A stretch of 64,000 bases of DNA, taken from an uncultured Gemmatimonadota bacterium. Lineage in GTDB: Bacteria > JAAXHH01. The position numbers were made by a program, and so were the translations under genes. The stretch's first letter is position 1. Each line of letters starts with the position of its first letter. The stretch is from the NCBI GenBank assembly GCA_951812955.1, contig OX638340.1, forward strand, positions 3,040,001 to 3,104,000, written 5' to 3'. The notes beneath the pieces are model-generated. The model worked only from the letters and a program-made list of their open reading frames with translations, did not search any database and was not told the DNA's origin. This document shows positions 22,643 to 34,461 of the stretch, piece after piece.

Positions 22643-25600
22643 TCACTCTTCGAGCTGGACATCCAGGGCCAGGCTCTGGAGTTCCTTGACGAGAACGTTA
22701 AAAGACTCCGGTATCCCGGGTTCGGGCGGATTGTCGCCCTTGACGATGGCCTCGTAAAGCCGCGAACGGCCGTTGACATCGTCCGATTTGACGGTCAACA
22801 TCTCCTGCAGCGTGTACGAAGCGCCATAGGCCTGCAGGGCCCAGACCTCCATTTCGCCGAAACGCTGACCGCCGAACTGGGCTTTGCCTCCGAGGGGCTG
22901 TTGCGTGACCAGGGAGTAGGGCCCGATCGACCGGGCATGTATCTTGTCCTCGACCAGGTGGTTCAGTTTCATGACGTACATGTAGCCGACGGTGACATCC
23001 TTGTCGAAGGGGAGGCCGGTCTTGCCGTCGTAGAGCGTACTCTTTCCGGATTCCGGCAGTCCGGCGTTACGCAGCGCCTGCTTGATTTCCTGAATGGACG
23101 CCCCGTCGAACACCGGCGTTGCGATAAAGGTGTCCTTTTCCTTCGCGACCCATCCGATGTGGATCTCCATGATCTGGCCGAGGTTCATCCGGCCCGGCAC
23201 GCCGAGGGGATTCAGGATGATGTCTATGTGACGTCCATCCGGCAGGTAGGGCATGTCCTCTTCAGGGACGATCTTCGCCACCACGCCCTTGTTCCCGTGC
23301 CGGCCGGCCATCTTGTCGCCCACGGACAGTTTTCTCTTTTTGGCCACGTACACTTTGACCAGTTGGATCACACCGGGGGCCAACTCGTCTCCGCGTCGTA
23401 TCTTCTCCTGTTCGCGTTCCAGTTGGTTTTCGATTTCCCGAATGTTCTTGGACGAAGCCTGGATCACCTTCAGGATCTGTTCGTTCAAGGTCGCGTTGAC
23501 GACCCACCCCTCGCTCTGGATGACGCGGTCGAAATCGAGTTCCGCCAGCCGGCTGTCCGTATACTTTCGCTTGGCCGGGATCACGACCTCGTCCGTCTCG
23601 CCGTCCCGGAGCTCGACACATACCTTGCCCCTGAGCAATTCACTCAGCTTCTCGTTGCGCGTCTCCTTGACCTGGTCTATCCGCTGCCGGTAATCGCGCT
23701 CGAGTTCGCGCAGGGTTTCTCTCTCCTTCTCCCGGGCGACGCTGTCGCTGTCCTTACGGCTGTACAGGCGGGTATCGATGACGATACCCTGCATGCCGGG
23801 AGGTGCCTTGAGGGAGGCGTCCCGCACATCGCCGGCCTTCTCTCCGAAGATCGCGCGCAAAAGGCGTTCCTCCGGCGACAGCTCCCTTTCGCCCTTCGGC
23901 GTCACCTTGCCCACGAGGATGTCGCCGGGTCCCACTTCGGCGCCGATGCGAATGATGCCGGACTCATCCAGGTTGCGGACGGCGTCCTCGCTCACGTTGG
24001 GGATCTCGCAGGTAAATTCCTCGGTGCCCACTTTCGTTTCACGGGCGGGAAGCTCGAACTCGGTGATGTGGATGGAAGAGAAGACATCCTGTTTGACCAG
24101 TCTTTCGCTGACGACGATGGCGTCTTCGAAATTGTATCCTTCCCAGGACATGAAGGCGGTCAGCACGTTGCGGCCCAGGGCGAGTTCACCCTTTTCCGTG
24201 GCGGGCCCGTCCGCGAGAACCTGCCCCGCCTCCACGCGCGCGCCGGTCTGCACGATCGGCTTCTGGTTTATGCAGGTTTCCTGGTTGGATTTCTTGAACT
24301 TGGTGAGCGGATACACGTCGGGCGGCGTGTCGAAGAGATCGGAATCACCAGTGTCGTCAGGGGTTACCGTGATCATGTCGGCGGAGACCTGCGTGACGGT
24401 GCCGCTCTGTTTGGCGACCACGACCGCACCTGAATCCACGGCTACCTTCCGTTCCATGCCGGTGCCTACCAGGGGCGCCTCCGTGCGCAGGAGGGGTACC
24501 GCCTGCCGTTGCATGTTGGAACCCATGAGGGCCCGGTTGGCGTCATCGTGTTCCAGGAAGGGGATGAGGGCCGCGGACACGCCCAGGATCTGCTTGGGCG
24601 ATACGTCCATGTAGGCGACCTCGCCGGGGTCGACCAGCTTGATGTCTCCCTTGTTGCGCGTGGGAATGCGGCCGACGATGCGTCCTTCGTCGTCCAGCGA
24701 TATGGCGGCCTGGGCGATCATGAAGTCCTCTTCCTGATCGGCCGACAGGTAGTCGATCTGTTCGGTAATCCGGCCGTCCATGACCTTGCGGTAAGGCGTT
24801 TCGATGAAGCCGAACCGGTTGATCCTGCCGTAGGTGCCCATGTACGCGATCAGGCCGATGTTCGGGCCTTCCGGCGTCTCTATGGGACAGATGCGTCCGT
24901 AGTGGGTGTGGTGCACGTCGCGGACTTCGAAACTGGCGTGAGACCGGTCCAGGCCGCCCGGGCCGAGCGAGCTGAGCCTCCGCTTGTGCGTCAGTTCGGC
25001 CAGGGGATTGGTCTGCTCCATGAACTGCGACAGCTGGCTGCTGCCGAAGAACGCGGCGATCACGGAAGAGACCGTCCGGGCGTTCACCAGGTCCTGGGGC
25101 GTGATCGAATCGGCGTCGTGTAGGCTGATCCGGTCCCTTATGGTCCGGGACATGCGGGTCAGTCCGGTGTTGAACTGCTGGGCGAGGAGTTCGCCCACGG
25201 TACGCGTACGCCGGTTGCCGAGATGGTCGATGTCGTCCGTGACGCCTTCGCCCCGGCGCAGTTTCAGCAGATAGTCGATGATGGCGATGAAGTCTTTAGC
25301 CGTCAGGATAGTCGTATCGATCGGCACGTCCACGTTCAGGCGCTTGTTTATACGGTGGCGTCCCACGGCCGCCAGGTTGTACCGCTTCTGATTGAAGAAC
25401 ATGCGGTCCATCAACGCCTGGGCCGTTTCTAGGTTGGGCGGGTCACCCGGCCGCAGCAGGCTGTACATTTTCGACAGCGCGTCTTCAGTCGACGAGGTCG
25501 TGTCCTTCTTGAACGTGTTGGAAAGGACGTCCGGCTCCCGGGTCGGATCCATCCGGACGATCTTGATTTTTGCGGACTGCTTGGACCGCCCGGTATGGCC

Positions 25601-26437
25601 GTTTCCTTCGGCCAGTCGCTCCGCCAGCGCTTCCGTCAGCGGTTCGCCGCTTTCGGCAACGATCTCACCGGTCTCCTTGTCGACGACCGGCGCGCCGATG
25701 CTCCGACCGACCAGTTCGGTAATCTTGTTGGCCCGGACGTCGTCGAATTCATAGAACAACTGGTATATATCTTCGTTGCTTTCGTAACCGAGGGCGCGCA
25801 ACAGCAGCGTTACGGGAAACTTCCGCTTCCGGTCGATGTGGACGAAGAGCACGTCGTTCACGTCCAGGCTGAACTCCAGCCAGGTGCCGTGTTCGGGTAT
25901 GATGCGGGCGGAATAAAGCTGTTTGCCGTTGGGGTGGGTTTCTTCGGAGAAGAATACTCCGTAGGAACGCTGCAGCTGGGACACGATGACCCGTTCCGCG
26001 CCGTTGATGATGAACGTGCCCTTTTCCGTGATAAGGGGCAGTTCACCGAGGAACACGGTCTGCTCTATGATGTCCTTGACCTTCTTGCTGTCGGCCTTCC
26101 CATTGCCGCCGTTCCCTTCCTCCCGGATCACCAGGCGAAGCCTCGCCTTCAGGGGAATCGCGTAGGTCATGCCCCGTTCCTGGCATTCCAGGACCGTATA
26201 CTTGGGCTCGCCGAGTATGTACTCGATAAACTCGAGCGAAAAGTGCTCGTGGATGTCCGTGATGGGGAATATGTCGGTGAAAACGGCCTGCAGACCCTGG
26301 TTCCTGCGCTCGGAAACGGGTACGTCGGCCTGGAGAAACGCGTTGAAGGAATCTATCTGGACCGCCAGCAGATTCGGCATTTCGATGATGGAGGGCAGTT
26401 TGGAATAGTCATGGCGTGTGATCTGGGTATTGTCCAT
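22643..26437 (-). CDS. rpoB: DNA-directed RNA polymerase beta subunit
   Basis: ORF-track frame reaches 26509, but the conserved start [15 protein letters not shown] is at Met25 (26437). The upstream ATG sits in the loop of a CCCGCG/CGCGGG hairpin. The Rif-cluster sequence is wild-type-like. Confidence 0.9.
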   Translation of the reverse strand: MDNTQITRHDYSKLPSIIEMPNLLAVQIDSFNAFLQADVPVSERRNQGLQAVFTDIFPITDIHEHFSLEFIEYILGEPKYTVLECQERGMTYAIPLKARLRLVIREEGNGGNGKADSKKVKDIIEQTVFLGELPLITEKGTFIINGAERVIVSQLQRSYGVFFSEETHPNGKQLYSARIIPEHGTWLEFSLDVNDVLFVHIDRKRKFPVTLLLRALGYESNEDIYQLFYEFDDVRANKITELVGRSIGAPVVDKETGEIVAESGEPLTEALAERLAEGNGHTGRSKQSAKIKIVRMDPTREPDVLSNTFKKDTTSSTEDALSKMYSLLRPGDPPNLETAQALMDRMFFNQKRYNLAAVGRHRINKRLNVDVPIDTTILTAKDFIAIIDYLLKLRRGEGVTDDIDHLGNRRTRTVGELLAQQFNTGLTRMSRTIRDRISLHDADSITPQDLVNARTVSSVIAAFFGSSQLSQFMEQTNPLAELTHKRRLSSLGPGGLDRSHASFEVRDVHHTHYGRICPIETPEGPNIGLIAYMGTYGRINRFGFIETPYRKVMDGRITEQIDYLSADQEEDFMIAQAAISLDDEGRIVGRIPTRNKGDIKLVDPGEVAYMDVSPKQILGVSAALIPFLEHDDANRALMGSNMQRQAVPLLRTEAPLVGTGMERKVAVDSGAVVVAKQSGTVTQVSADMITVTPDDTGDSDLFDTPPDVYPLTKFKKSNQETCINQKPIVQTGARVEAGQVLADGPATEKGELALGRNVLTAFMSWEGYNFEDAIVVSERLVKQDVFSSIHITEFELPARETKVGTEEFTCEIPNVSEDAVRNLDESGIIRIGAEVGPGDILVGKVTPKGERELSPEERLLRAIFGEKAGDVRDASLKAPPGMQGIVIDTRLYSRKDSDSVAREKERETLRELERDYRQRIDQVKETRNEKLSELLRGKVCVELRDGETDEVVIPAKRKYTDSRLAELDFDRVIQSEGWVVNATLNEQILKVIQASSKNIREIENQLEREQEKIRRGDELAPGVIQLVKVYVAKKRKLSVGDKMAGRHGNKGVVAKIVPEEDMPYLPDGRHIDIILNPLGVPGRMNLGQIMEIHIGWVAKEKDTFIATPVFDGASIQEIKQALRNAGLPESGKSTLYDGKTGLPFDKDVTVGYMYVMKLNHLVEDKIHARSIGPYSLVTQQPLGGKAQFGGQRFGEMEVWALQAYGASYTLQEMLTVKSDDVNGRSRLYEAIVKGDNPPEPGIPESFNVLVKELQSLALDVQLEE

Positions 26438-26560
26438 CGGCTGACCACATCCTTTCGACAGGAAGGTTAATAGTACCCGCGGACGAGTGGGCGACGACCC
26501 CGCGCACATCGCGGGATCTACGCGCTCGCCACGCGGACCCGATCCGGTTTACCGTCCCGC

Positions 26561-26935
26561 CTATTTGAGTTCGATCGTCCCGCCCGCTTCTTCTATCTGC
26601 TTCTGAACGTCGTCCGCTTCTTCTTTCGTCACGCCTTCCTTAAGCGCGCCGGGAACGCCGTCGACCAGCGCCTTGGCCTCCTTCAGGCCCAGACCCGTGA
26701 TCGCGCGTACGACCTTTATAACCTGGATCTTCTTGTCGCCGAAACCGGTCAGCACGACATCGAAGGAGTCCTTTTCCTCTTCGGCCGGCGCGGCTGCATC
26801 GGCGGCGCCGGGTGCGGCTACTGCCATCGTCGCCGCGGCTGAAACACCGAACTTGTCTTCGAGCGTCTTCACGAGATCATTTAATTCCAGCACGGTCAGC
26901 TGTTCAATCTGATCTACGATATCGGACACGGCCAT
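26561..26935 (-). CDS. rplL: 50S ribosomal protein L7/L12
   Basis: [31 protein letters not shown]; Met6 of the 129-aa ORF is the likely start. Confidence 0.9.
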   Translation of the reverse strand: MAVSDIVDQIEQLTVLELNDLVKTLEDKFGVSAAATMAVAAPGAADAAAPAEEEKDSFDVVLTGFGDKKIQVIKVVRAITGLGLKEAKALVDGVPGALKEGVTKEEADDVQKQIEEAGGTIELK

Positions 26936-27054
26936 GATACATACCTCCATATGGAAATTAAAGAATGCTGCCTTTGTAGTTCTCGACGGTCTTCAAACGA
27001 TTCAAATGCACATCAGACTGCGGGCGGCGATACCGGAAAACCGGGACGCGGCCC

Positions 27055-27594
27055 TTAATCGCCGCCTTCCTGCGACGCTTTCTGCTGAGAAACGGCCGAC
27101 AAGGTGCGGACCAGGCCGCTCAGTACACCGGACAGCGTGAATACCAGGCCTGTGATCGGCGCGGCGATTCCGCTGACGGCCTTCGCCAGCAGCTCATCTC
27201 TGCCGGGTAGCGTGGAAAGCGTCTGGACCTTCGCGGTATCTACAATCTCGCCGGTAAGGAAACCGCCCTTGATGCGGGGCCGGTCATCGTGTTCCTTGCC
27301 GAAATCGAATAAAACCTTCGCCGGCGCCACGGGGTCGTTCGAAAAGACGAGCGCGGTCGGCCCATCCAGGGTTTCACCCAGGTCGGGCAGGCCCGCGTCG
27401 GCGACTGCGAGCCGGGTCAGCGTGTTCTTGATGACGCGGCATTCCACGGATTCCGATCGCAACCGGCTACGTAGTTCCGTAACCTCGCCGACGTCCAGGC
27501 CGGTGAGGTCCGCCAGGTATACGCTGTCGGTCTCCTTCAATCGCGTCGTCAGATCCTGGACGATCTGCTCTTTAACGGCACGCGGCTGGGGCAT
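27055..27594 (-). CDS. rplJ: 50S ribosomal protein L10
   Basis: 179 aa; position upstream of rplL. Confidence 0.95.
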   Translation of the reverse strand: MPQPRAVKEQIVQDLTTRLKETDSVYLADLTGLDVGEVTELRSRLRSESVECRVIKNTLTRLAVADAGLPDLGETLDGPTALVFSNDPVAPAKVLFDFGKEHDDRPRIKGGFLTGEIVDTAKVQTLSTLPGRDELLAKAVSGIAAPITGLVFTLSGVLSGLVRTLSAVSQQKASQEGGD

Positions 27595-27662
27595 GGTTTC
27601 AAGACTCCTTTATGATCAACGGCTTCCGGTCCTGTATTCCGGTCCTGTGGTCCCGTATGCGT

Positions 27663-28361
27663 CTATGCCTCGACGGCCGCCGCCTGGCGGTCGACCGATA
27701 TGCCGGGACCCATGGTAGAAGATACGGTAAGACGCCTGATGTATTGCCCTTTGGCGGATGCAGGCTTCGCCCGCATGACCGCGTCGATGAACGTCGAGGC
27801 GTTCTCCGACAATTGCTGTACGGTAAAGGACACCTTCCCGACCGGACCGTGCAGGTTTCCGTTGCGGTCCACGCGGTACTCGATCCGACCGGATTTGACT
27901 TCCCGGACCGCCGGGCCGACGTCGAAGGTGACTGTGCCGCTCTTCGGATTGGGCATGAGCCCCCGCGGACCCAGTACGCGGCCCAGTTTTCCCACGTCAC
28001 GCATGATATCGGGCGTGGCGATCACGACGTCGAAATCGGTCCAGCCTTTTTCGATCTGCTCGATGTACTCGTCGGCGCCGACATAGTCCGCGCCGGCTTC
28101 CTGGGCGTCCTTCTGCGCTTCGCCCCGCGTCAGCACGAGCACCTTGGTTTCCTTGCCCGTTCCGTGGGGCAGCGCGATGGCGCCCCGTACCATCTGTTCG
28201 GCGTGGCGGGGATCCACGTTCAGTCGCATGACTACCTCGACGGTCTCGTCGAATTTCGTCTTCGAGGCTTCCTTGACGATAGACAACGCGTCCACGAGGG
28301 GATAATCCCTTCCCGCTTCCACCTTTTCACTGGCTTCCAGATACCGCCTGCCTCTTTTCAT
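27663..28361 (-). CDS. rplA: 50S ribosomal protein L1
   Basis: 232 aa; [25 protein letters not shown]. Confidence 0.95.
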   Translation of the reverse strand: MKRGRRYLEASEKVEAGRDYPLVDALSIVKEASKTKFDETVEVVMRLNVDPRHAEQMVRGAIALPHGTGKETKVLVLTRGEAQKDAQEAGADYVGADEYIEQIEKGWTDFDVVIATPDIMRDVGKLGRVLGPRGLMPNPKSGTVTFDVGPAVREVKSGRIEYRVDRNGNLHGPVGKVSFTVQQLSENASTFIDAVMRAKPASAKGQYIRRLTVSSTMGPGISVDRQAAAVEA

Positions 28362-28388
28362 GGCCCGTCTCCTTGCGACTTTCCCGGG

Positions 28389-28814
28389 TTATCCTTCTAT
28401 CTCGATGCCCATGCTGCGGGCCGTGCCTTCGATCATGCGCATGGCCGCCTCCGTATCCGCGGCATTCAGATCCGGCTTCTTGAGCTCGGCGATCTGCCTG
28501 ACCTGATCCCGCGTGACCTTGCCGACCTTGTCCCGGTTGGGTTCGCCCGACGCCTTCGCCAGGCCGGCTTCACGCTTGAGCAGCACCGCGGCCGGGGGCG
28601 TCTTCGTGATGAAGGAGAAACTGCGGTCGGCGTAGACCGTGATCACGACCGGTATGATCAGCCCCATCTGGTCCTGGGTCTTCGCATTGAAGACCTTGCA
28701 GAACTCCATGGGATTGACGCCATGCTGGCCGAGCGCCGATCCGACCGGTGGCGCAGGATTCGCCTGGCCGGCGGGTACCTGGAGCTTGATCACCGTAGAT
28801 ATTTTCTTTGCCAC
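28389..28814 (-). CDS. rplK: 50S ribosomal protein L11
   Basis: 141 aa; [34 protein letters not shown]. Confidence 0.95.
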   Translation of the reverse strand: MAKKISTVIKLQVPAGQANPAPPVGSALGQHGVNPMEFCKVFNAKTQDQMGLIIPVVITVYADRSFSFITKTPPAAVLLKREAGLAKASGEPNRDKVGKVTRDQVRQIAELKKPDLNAADTEAAMRMIEGTARSMGIEIEG

Positions 28815-28823
28815 AAAACCCTC

Positions 28824-29360
28824 CTACGTGACGTGGGTTACCTGGAGGAAATCGAGCTCCACCGGGGTCGCACGTCCAAAAATGCTCACCATGACCTTCA
28901 GTTTCTGCCGGTCCGGATGTATCGCCTCCACCACGCCTGTGAAATCGGTGAAAGGTCCGTCCGTCACCTTGACCTGGTCGCCGGTCCGGTAAGGGATCTC
29001 CACGCCTTCTCCCTTATCCTTGTGCGGTTCGTCCCGGTGCAGTATGCGGTTCAGTTCAGTTTCCCGCAGGGGCTGCGGCCTGGGGCCGCTTCCAACGAAA
29101 TGGGTAACGCCCGGCGCGTTGGTTACCATGTGCCATGAATCGCGGTCCATCTCCATTTCCACGAGGACGTAGCTTGGAAACAGTTTGCGAATCGTAGAGG
29201 TTTTCTTCCCCTGTTTCATCTCTACGATTTCTTCGGTAGGGATGAGGATCTCGCCGATTTTCTCTTCCAACCCTTCGCGAATCTTCAGTTTCTCCAGGTG
29301 GGTCTTTACCTTGTTCTCATGACCTGAATAGGTATGAATCACATACCAGCGCTTGTCCAT
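28824..29360 (-). CDS. nusG: transcription termination/antitermination factor NusG
   Basis: [19 protein letters not shown] domain and C-terminal KOW. Met6 start is preferred (GAGGAG Shine-Dalgarno 6 nt upstream); the ORF-track frame reaches 29375. Confidence 0.9.
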   Translation of the reverse strand: MDKRWYVIHTYSGHENKVKTHLEKLKIREGLEEKIGEILIPTEEIVEMKQGKKTSTIRKLFPSYVLVEMEMDRDSWHMVTNAPGVTHFVGSGPRPQPLRETELNRILHRDEPHKDKGEGVEIPYRTGDQVKVTDGPFTDFTGVVEAIHPDRQKLKVMVSIFGRATPVELDFLQVTHVT

Positions 29361-29388
29361 TGCTCTCCTCGTCATCTCTCGCTACGCG

Positions 29389-29577
29389 TCAGGCCCCGAG
29401 CAAACGGCTCAATATGATGGACAGAATGAAATCGATCACTCCGGTGAAAGCGGCCAGGATAAGCGTGATGATGATGACCACCGTCGTCGAACCGATCAAT
29501 TCGTTCCGGCTCGGCCAGCTCACCTTGGAGAGCTCTGTCCTTACTTCTCTCAGAAAGTCTACCGTTCGTTCGTACAT
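29389..29577 (-). CDS. secE: preprotein translocase subunit SecE (single-TM, 62 aa form)
   Basis: MYERTVDFLREVRTELSKVSWPSRNEL + TM helix; the ORF-track frame extends to a GTG at 29643 (84 aa). Confidence 0.8.
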   Translation of the reverse strand: MYERTVDFLREVRTELSKVSWPSRNELIGSTTVVIIITLILAAFTGVIDFILSIILSRLLGA

Positions 29578-29703
29578 GATCCCTGTTTCGTGCTGAACCG
29601 GCCGTCTGTCTTTAAGCCTGCTCGAAACGTGACGGCCAATCACTGGTTCATGGTTCTCGCTCAGCCCGCCTCACGCGTGCCTGCGCGCATGTGCGTTCCG
29701 CAT

Positions 29704-29755
29704 AAAAAGGCAGGCCGGAACTGTGGTATCCGCTCAGTTCGTGTCGCCGGCCTGC
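29704..29755 (-). terminator. intrinsic terminator after the second tuf copy
   Basis: Minus-strand GCAGGCCGG / CCGGCCTGC 9-bp stem with a large (about 28-nt) loop, followed by CTTTTTAT; between tuf copy 2 and secE, as for tufB in E. coli. Confidence 0.55.
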
Positions 29756-29849
29756 GATTCTGTGCGTCTTCTATGTCAGATTCATCCGGTCTAACCGGGT
29801 GAGGATCGCTTCGATCGCTTCGTCCCGTTTCTTGAATGTCGTCACCAGT

Positions 29850-31044
29850 CCTGTTACTCGATGACTTCGATGACGACGCCCGCGCCGACGGTTCTTCCGC
29901 CCTCACGAATGGCGAAGCGGAGTTCCCTGTCCATGGCGATGGGCTGCATGAGATTGACTTCCATGTCGACGTTATCCCCTGGCATGACCATTTCCACGCC
30001 TGCGGGCAGCGAGACCGACCCGGTCACGTCCGTGGTACGGAAGTAGAACTGGGGCCTGTAGTTGTTGAAGAAGGGCGTATGCCTTCCGCCTTCCTCCTGC
30101 TTGAGGACGTAGACCTGCGCCTTGAACCTGGTATGGGGCGTGATGGACCCGGGCTTGGCGACGACCTGGCCCCGCTCCAGGGATTCCTTGTCCACGCCGC
30201 GCAGGAGCAGTCCGACGTTGTCGCCCGCCCTGGCGTCGTCGAGGAACTTGCGGAACATCTCGATGTCTGTGACGACGGTCTTGCGTGTGTCCTTGATGCC
30301 GATGATCTCGACCTCGTCGTTCTTGTTGATGACGCCGCTCTCTACGCGTCCAGTACCGACGGTACCCCTACCCGTAATGGAGAAGACGTCCTCCACGGGC
30401 ATGAGGAAGGGCCGGTCCTCGTCTCTGACCGGGGTGGGGATGTATTCGTCCACGGTTTCCATGAGTTCGGCGATGGGCGCGGCGGCGTCGGATCCTGCCT
30501 CGCCTTCCATGGCCAGCAGGGCGCTTCCCCTGATCACGGGGATGTCGTCACCGGGGAAATCGTAGGAGGAGAGCAGCTCCCTGACCTCGAGCTCGACGAG
30601 TTCGAGGAGCTCCTCGTCGTCGACCTGGTCGCACTTGTTCAGGAAGACGACGATGGCGGGCACATTGACCTGCCTGGCCAGTAGGATGTGCTCGCGCGTC
30701 TGGGGCATGGGCCCGTCGGCGGCGGAGACCACCAGGATGGCGCCGTCCATCTGGGCCGCTCCGGTGATCATGTTCTTGATGTAATCGGCGTGTCCGGGAC
30801 AATCCACGTGGGCGTAGTGCCGGTTGGTGGTCTCGTATTCGGCGTGGTGCACGTTGATGGTGACGCCGCGCTCCTTCTCCTCGGGGGCGTTGTCGATCTG
30901 GTCGTAATCCTGAAACTCGGCCAGACCCTGATCCGCAAGCACCTTGGTGATGGCCGCCGTCAACGTCGTCTTGCCGTGGTCCACGTGACCGATCGTGCCG
31001 ATGTTCACGTGGGTCTTGGTACGCTCGAATCTTTCCTTCGACAT
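29850..31044. repeat. about 1195-bp near-identical direct repeat, copy B (tuf CDS + 4 nt)
   Basis: See copy A; substitutions are clustered around 30171-30200 vs 14111-14140. Confidence 0.9.
29854..31044 (-). CDS. tuf: elongation factor Tu (copy 2, tufB-like position after the tRNA cluster)
   Basis: 396 aa; differs from copy 1 by one residue in the listed translations (KEDLER vs KESLER). Confidence 0.95.
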   Translation of the reverse strand: MSKERFERTKTHVNIGTIGHVDHGKTTLTAAITKVLADQGLAEFQDYDQIDNAPEEKERGVTINVHHAEYETTNRHYAHVDCPGHADYIKNMITGAAQMDGAILVVSAADGPMPQTREHILLARQVNVPAIVVFLNKCDQVDDEELLELVELEVRELLSSYDFPGDDIPVIRGSALLAMEGEAGSDAAAPIAELMETVDEYIPTPVRDEDRPFLMPVEDVFSITGRGTVGTGRVESGVINKNDEVEIIGIKDTRKTVVTDIEMFRKFLDDARAGDNVGLLLRGVDKESLERGQVVAKPGSITPHTRFKAQVYVLKQEEGGRHTPFFNNYRPQFYFRTTDVTGSVSLPAGVEMVMPGDNVDMEVNLMQPIAMDRELRFAIREGGRTVGAGVVIEVIE

Positions 31045-31108
31045 GAAGACAATCTCCTGGAACCAGTTTGGTTTAACGAAACAATACGCCTGATAAAGTC
31101 TGAGCCAA

Positions 31109-31181
31109 AGCCCTCGGCCGGACTTGAACCGGCGACCTACACCTTACCATGGTGTTGCTCTACCAACTGAGCTACAAGGGC
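31109..31181 (-). tRNA. tRNA-Thr (anticodon GGT)
   Basis: Manual cloverleaf: GCCCTTG acceptor, GCTC/GAGC D-stem, ACACC-ATGGTAA-GGTGT anticodon arm (GGT), GCCGG-TTCAAGT-CCGGC T-arm; CCA not encoded. Confidence 0.85.
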
Positions 31182-31266
31182 GCTTTCGTTCAAGGTTCAG
31201 ATTAATGCTTACATTATAGCTGGCCGAAACCTTCAGTTTTCCGAACCCGGTCACAGCACTTTATAG

Positions 31267-31340
31267 AGCGGGAAACGGGACTCGAACCCGCGACCCTCAG
31301 CTTGGAAGGCTGATGCTCTAGCCAACTGAGCTATTCCCGC
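31267..31340 (-). tRNA. tRNA-Gly (anticodon TCC)
   Basis: Manual cloverleaf: GCGGGAA acceptor, anticodon loop CTTCCAA, GCGGG-TTCGAGT-CCCGT T-arm. Confidence 0.85.
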
Positions 31341-31403
31341 CGGTTGTCATTCTGAAGCTGCCTGTTGGCCTGATCTACCCGCCGGCCCTCTTTCAGATAC
31401 GCA

Positions 31404-31485
31404 TGGGGAGGGCAGGATTCGAACCTGCGAAGGCTGAGCCAACGGATTTACAGTCCGTCCCATTTGACCGCTCTGGAACCTCCCC
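31404..31485 (-). tRNA. tRNA-Tyr (anticodon GTA), class II with long variable arm
   Basis: GGGGAGG acceptor, anticodon loop with GTA, long variable arm, AGGTTCGAATCCT T-arm; 82 nt. Confidence 0.85.
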
Positions 31486-31497
31486 TGGCTACCTGAA

Positions 31498-31570
31498 AGC
31501 CACCACTCGGATTCGAACCGAGAACCTACTGATTACAAATCAGCCGCTCTGCCATTGGAGCTATGGTGGC
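31498..31570 (-). tRNA. tRNA-Thr (anticodon TGT)
   Basis: GCCACCA acceptor, GCTGA-TTTGTAA-TCAGT anticodon arm, CTCGG-TTCGAAT-CCGAG T-arm. Confidence 0.85.
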
Positions 31571-31624
31571 CAATATAATCAGTACGAATCCGCATCTTGA
31601 GCAGCTCAAGAACACAGACAGGGA

Positions 31625-31653
31625 AATATAATCAACATCACTGCCATTGTCAA
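31625..31653 (-). promoter_or_regulatory. tRNA/tufB operon promoter: -35 TTGACA, 17-nt spacer, -10 TATATT, with an AT-rich upstream tract
   Basis: Minus-strand cTTGACAatggcagtgatgttgatTATATTt, 55-85 nt upstream of the first tRNA and just downstream of the aspS stop. Confidence 0.55.
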
Positions 31654-31688
31654 GGATGTATGCAAAATAAACTGAAGCCGTGATTGGA

Positions 31689-33461
31689 TCACCGTCGCAG
31701 GCGGATATGGAGATCCCGGAGCTGTTTCTCGCTGACCGCTCCCGGCGCGCCCATGAGCAGATCCTGGGCGTTCTGGTTCAGGGGAAAGGCGATGACTTCC
31801 CGGAGATTGGTCTCGTCGGTGAGGAGCATGACGATCCGGTCGACACCCGGAGCGATGCCGCCGTGGGGCGGCGCGCCGTACTTCAACGCACTGATCATGC
31901 CGCCGAATTCCTCGTCCACCTCGTCGGCGGAATAACCGGCGATTTCGAAGGCCCGGTACATGATGTCGGGCCGGTGGTTCCGGATGGCGCCGCTGGACAG
32001 TTCCGTACCGTTGCATACGATGTCGTACTGGTAGGCCAGGACCTCGAGAGGCGGCTTGTTCCCGAGGGCTTCCAGTCCGCCCTGGGGCATGGAGAACGGA
32101 TTGTGCGAAAAGATGACCTTCCCGGTTTCCGCGTCGTATTCGTACATGGGGAAATCGACGATCCAGCAGAAACGGTAGGCGTTCGGCTCACGCAGGGAAA
32201 GCAGATCCGCGAAATGCAGCCTGAGCTTGCCCGCCACGTCGTTCGCGCGGTCCTCCGCGTCGGCCGTGAAAAACCATGAGGAACCGGTTTCGGGTTCGAT
32301 GACGGATTTCAGCCGATCGAGGGTCTGCTCGTCCAGCACGCGGGCGATGGAACCCTTGACCCCATCCTCGGTAAAGGAAATGTAGGCCGCGCCCCGTCCC
32401 CCGAAACCCTCCTTCACGGTCCGGTCCAGGTTGTCGAAGAAACTGCGGGGCTTCACGGCGACGCCAGGGACGGCAAGGGCCCTCACCACGCCGCCTTTCT
32501 CGACGATCTGGCGAAACGCATTGAAATCGGAGTCCCGGAAGGCCTCGGTAACGTCCTGGATCTCCAGGCCGAAGCGCAGGTCGGGCTTGTCGGAACCGTA
32601 ACGGAGCATCGCTTCGCGATAGGGGATGCGCGGAAAGGGCGGTGCAGTCACCTTCCAGTCGCTGAACTCCGTGAACAGCCCGTGAAACAGGGTCTCCAGC
32701 GCTTCGAAAACATCATCCTGCTCCACGAAGGACATCTCCACGTCCAGCTGGTAAAACTCGCCCGGCGACCGATCGGCCCGGGCATCTTCATCCCGGAAGC
32801 ACGGGGCGATCTGGAAATAGCGGTCGAACCCCGAGATCATGAGAAGCTGCTTGAACTGCTGCGGCGCCTGGGGAAGGGCGTAGAATTTGCCCGGATGCAC
32901 CCGGCTCGGGACCAGGTAGTCCCGGGCGCCCTCGGGCGAACTGCTGGTGAGGATGGGCGTGTTGAACTCGTTGAAGCCAAGGGCCGTCATGCGTTGCCGT
33001 ATGCTCGCAACGATGCGCGACCGCATGATGATGTTGTGGTGTATCCGCTCCCTGCGCAGATCGAGCATGCGGTAGGTCAGGCGGGTGGCTTCCGGGTATT
33101 CCCGCTCGTCCGCGACGGACAGGGGCAGCGGATCCGCGGCGCTGAGTACCGTCATGGAATCGGCCTTCACTTCGATATGGCCCGTGGGCAGGTTGGGGTT
33201 GACCGCGTCCTCCGCCCTCGGGATTACCCCGCCGGTGAAGGTGGCGACGGTCTCCGCACGCAGGTCCCCAGCCTCTTCGTGGAATCCGCTTTCAGGCGTT
33301 ATGACGACCTGCGTGATCCCGTAGTGGTCCCGCAGGTCGATGAAGAGCAGGCCGCCGTGGTCCCGTTTCCGGTGAACCCAGCCGGCGATTCGCACGCACG
33401 TACCCTCGTCGCTCCGCCTCAATTCTCCGCAGGTGTGTGTCCTGTATGGGTGGTCTTTCAT
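31689..33461 (-). CDS. aspS: aspartyl-tRNA synthetase
   Basis: 590 aa; class II aaRS motifs and N-terminal OB anticodon-binding domain ([22 protein letters not shown]). Confidence 0.95.
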   Translation of the reverse strand: MKDHPYRTHTCGELRRSDEGTCVRIAGWVHRKRDHGGLLFIDLRDHYGITQVVITPESGFHEEAGDLRAETVATFTGGVIPRAEDAVNPNLPTGHIEVKADSMTVLSAADPLPLSVADEREYPEATRLTYRMLDLRRERIHHNIIMRSRIVASIRQRMTALGFNEFNTPILTSSSPEGARDYLVPSRVHPGKFYALPQAPQQFKQLLMISGFDRYFQIAPCFRDEDARADRSPGEFYQLDVEMSFVEQDDVFEALETLFHGLFTEFSDWKVTAPPFPRIPYREAMLRYGSDKPDLRFGLEIQDVTEAFRDSDFNAFRQIVEKGGVVRALAVPGVAVKPRSFFDNLDRTVKEGFGGRGAAYISFTEDGVKGSIARVLDEQTLDRLKSVIEPETGSSWFFTADAEDRANDVAGKLRLHFADLLSLREPNAYRFCWIVDFPMYEYDAETGKVIFSHNPFSMPQGGLEALGNKPPLEVLAYQYDIVCNGTELSSGAIRNHRPDIMYRAFEIAGYSADEVDEEFGGMISALKYGAPPHGGIAPGVDRIVMLLTDETNLREVIAFPLNQNAQDLLMGAPGAVSEKQLRDLHIRLRR

Positions 33462-33540
33462 CTGGGGGTCCTTTCTCCCGTTTCCCGCCGGTTTTCGTGC
33501 CTCGTGCCCGGGCGGCGGTCCCCGGGCGGGTCGATTACCT

Positions 33541-34422
33541 TCACGACCGGTCCGCGCCCAGTTCCGCCAGAAGGTCCAGCGTGTTCCGCATGCAGATTCT
33601 GGAGGCCGCCTCTCCCGCCTCAGAAAACTGTTTTCCCCCCGGCCTCTCGATCAGCGTCCGTTCGATCTGATCGGCGCCAATGCGCCAGTGGGTTTCCAGG
33701 GACAGGCACCCGTCGTAATCCTGTCCGATCAGGTCGGCGAACTGTCCGCGATAGTCGATTTCGCCCTCGCACATGGGAACGTTGACATCCCCGTCGGGCG
33801 TACCGCGTCTGCCGTCCTTGAAGTGCATGTGACACATGTCCGACCGGATGTGTCCGTACCCGTCCGGGTAGGGTGTCTGCCCGCCGTCGGCGAACAACTC
33901 GTTGCAGGGATCCCACAGGGGCTTGACGACCGGCGAATCCAGTGCGTCGACCAGGCGCCGCGTCTCCGCGCCGGTGCCTATGAGGGTGGACGCTTCGTTC
34001 TCCAGTCCCAGCACGACGCCTTCGCCCGCGGCGATCCGGACGGGTTCGGCGTACCTTTCGATGATCCGGTCCCAGAATTTCTCGAGGGGATCCTGCTTCC
34101 AGAATGCGAAGACACGGACCAGCGTGGTGTCCAGTTCACGGGCTACGCGGATGCACTTGCGGAGCATGCCGAGGTGTTCCCTGCACGTGGCGTCGTCTTC
34201 GATGTCGCACTTGTAGAAGGGAGCGGCAACCCCAAAGACCGAGAGACCGGCCTCTCCGGTACGGTCCCTGATCCGCGCGATCTCGTTGTCGTCGAGATCC
34301 TGGGGCGGCTTGTCCCAGATGGATCGGATCTCGATGCCGTCCAGGTTGAAATCCCGGGCGAAGTCGATGACCGTATCCAGGTCCTGGGAAACCTCGTCGG
34401 TTATAACGGCGATCTTGAACAT
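33541..34422 (-). CDS. sugar-phosphate isomerase/epimerase (xylose-isomerase-like TIM barrel)
   Basis: 293 aa; family assignment by general resemblance of the sequence pattern only. Confidence 0.6.
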   Translation of the reverse strand: MFKIAVITDEVSQDLDTVIDFARDFNLDGIEIRSIWDKPPQDLDDNEIARIRDRTGEAGLSVFGVAAPFYKCDIEDDATCREHLGMLRKCIRVARELDTTLVRVFAFWKQDPLEKFWDRIIERYAEPVRIAAGEGVVLGLENEASTLIGTGAETRRLVDALDSPVVKPLWDPCNELFADGGQTPYPDGYGHIRSDMCHMHFKDGRRGTPDGDVNVPMCEGEIDYRGQFADLIGQDYDGCLSLETHWRIGADQIERTLIERPGGKQFSEAGEAASRICMRNTLDLLAELGADRS

Positions 34423-34461
34423 GGATCCTTTATGCTCCTTTACGCTGTTTTCCTTTTTCCT

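Noticed and set aside
18515-26470. Very long ORFs antisense to rpoC and rpoB (629, 493, 603, 291 aa) and many shorter ones
   Set aside because: High GC suppresses stop codons on the antisense strand; the translations are Arg/Gly/Asp-rich with no motifs, and the opposite strand encodes textbook RpoB/RpoC.
29644-29853. Expected tRNA-Trp between tuf and secE (as in Bacillus/Thermus/Bacteroidetes)
   Set aside because: No cloverleaf could be folded; the region instead contains a hairpin + T-tract terminator and the secE 5' region.
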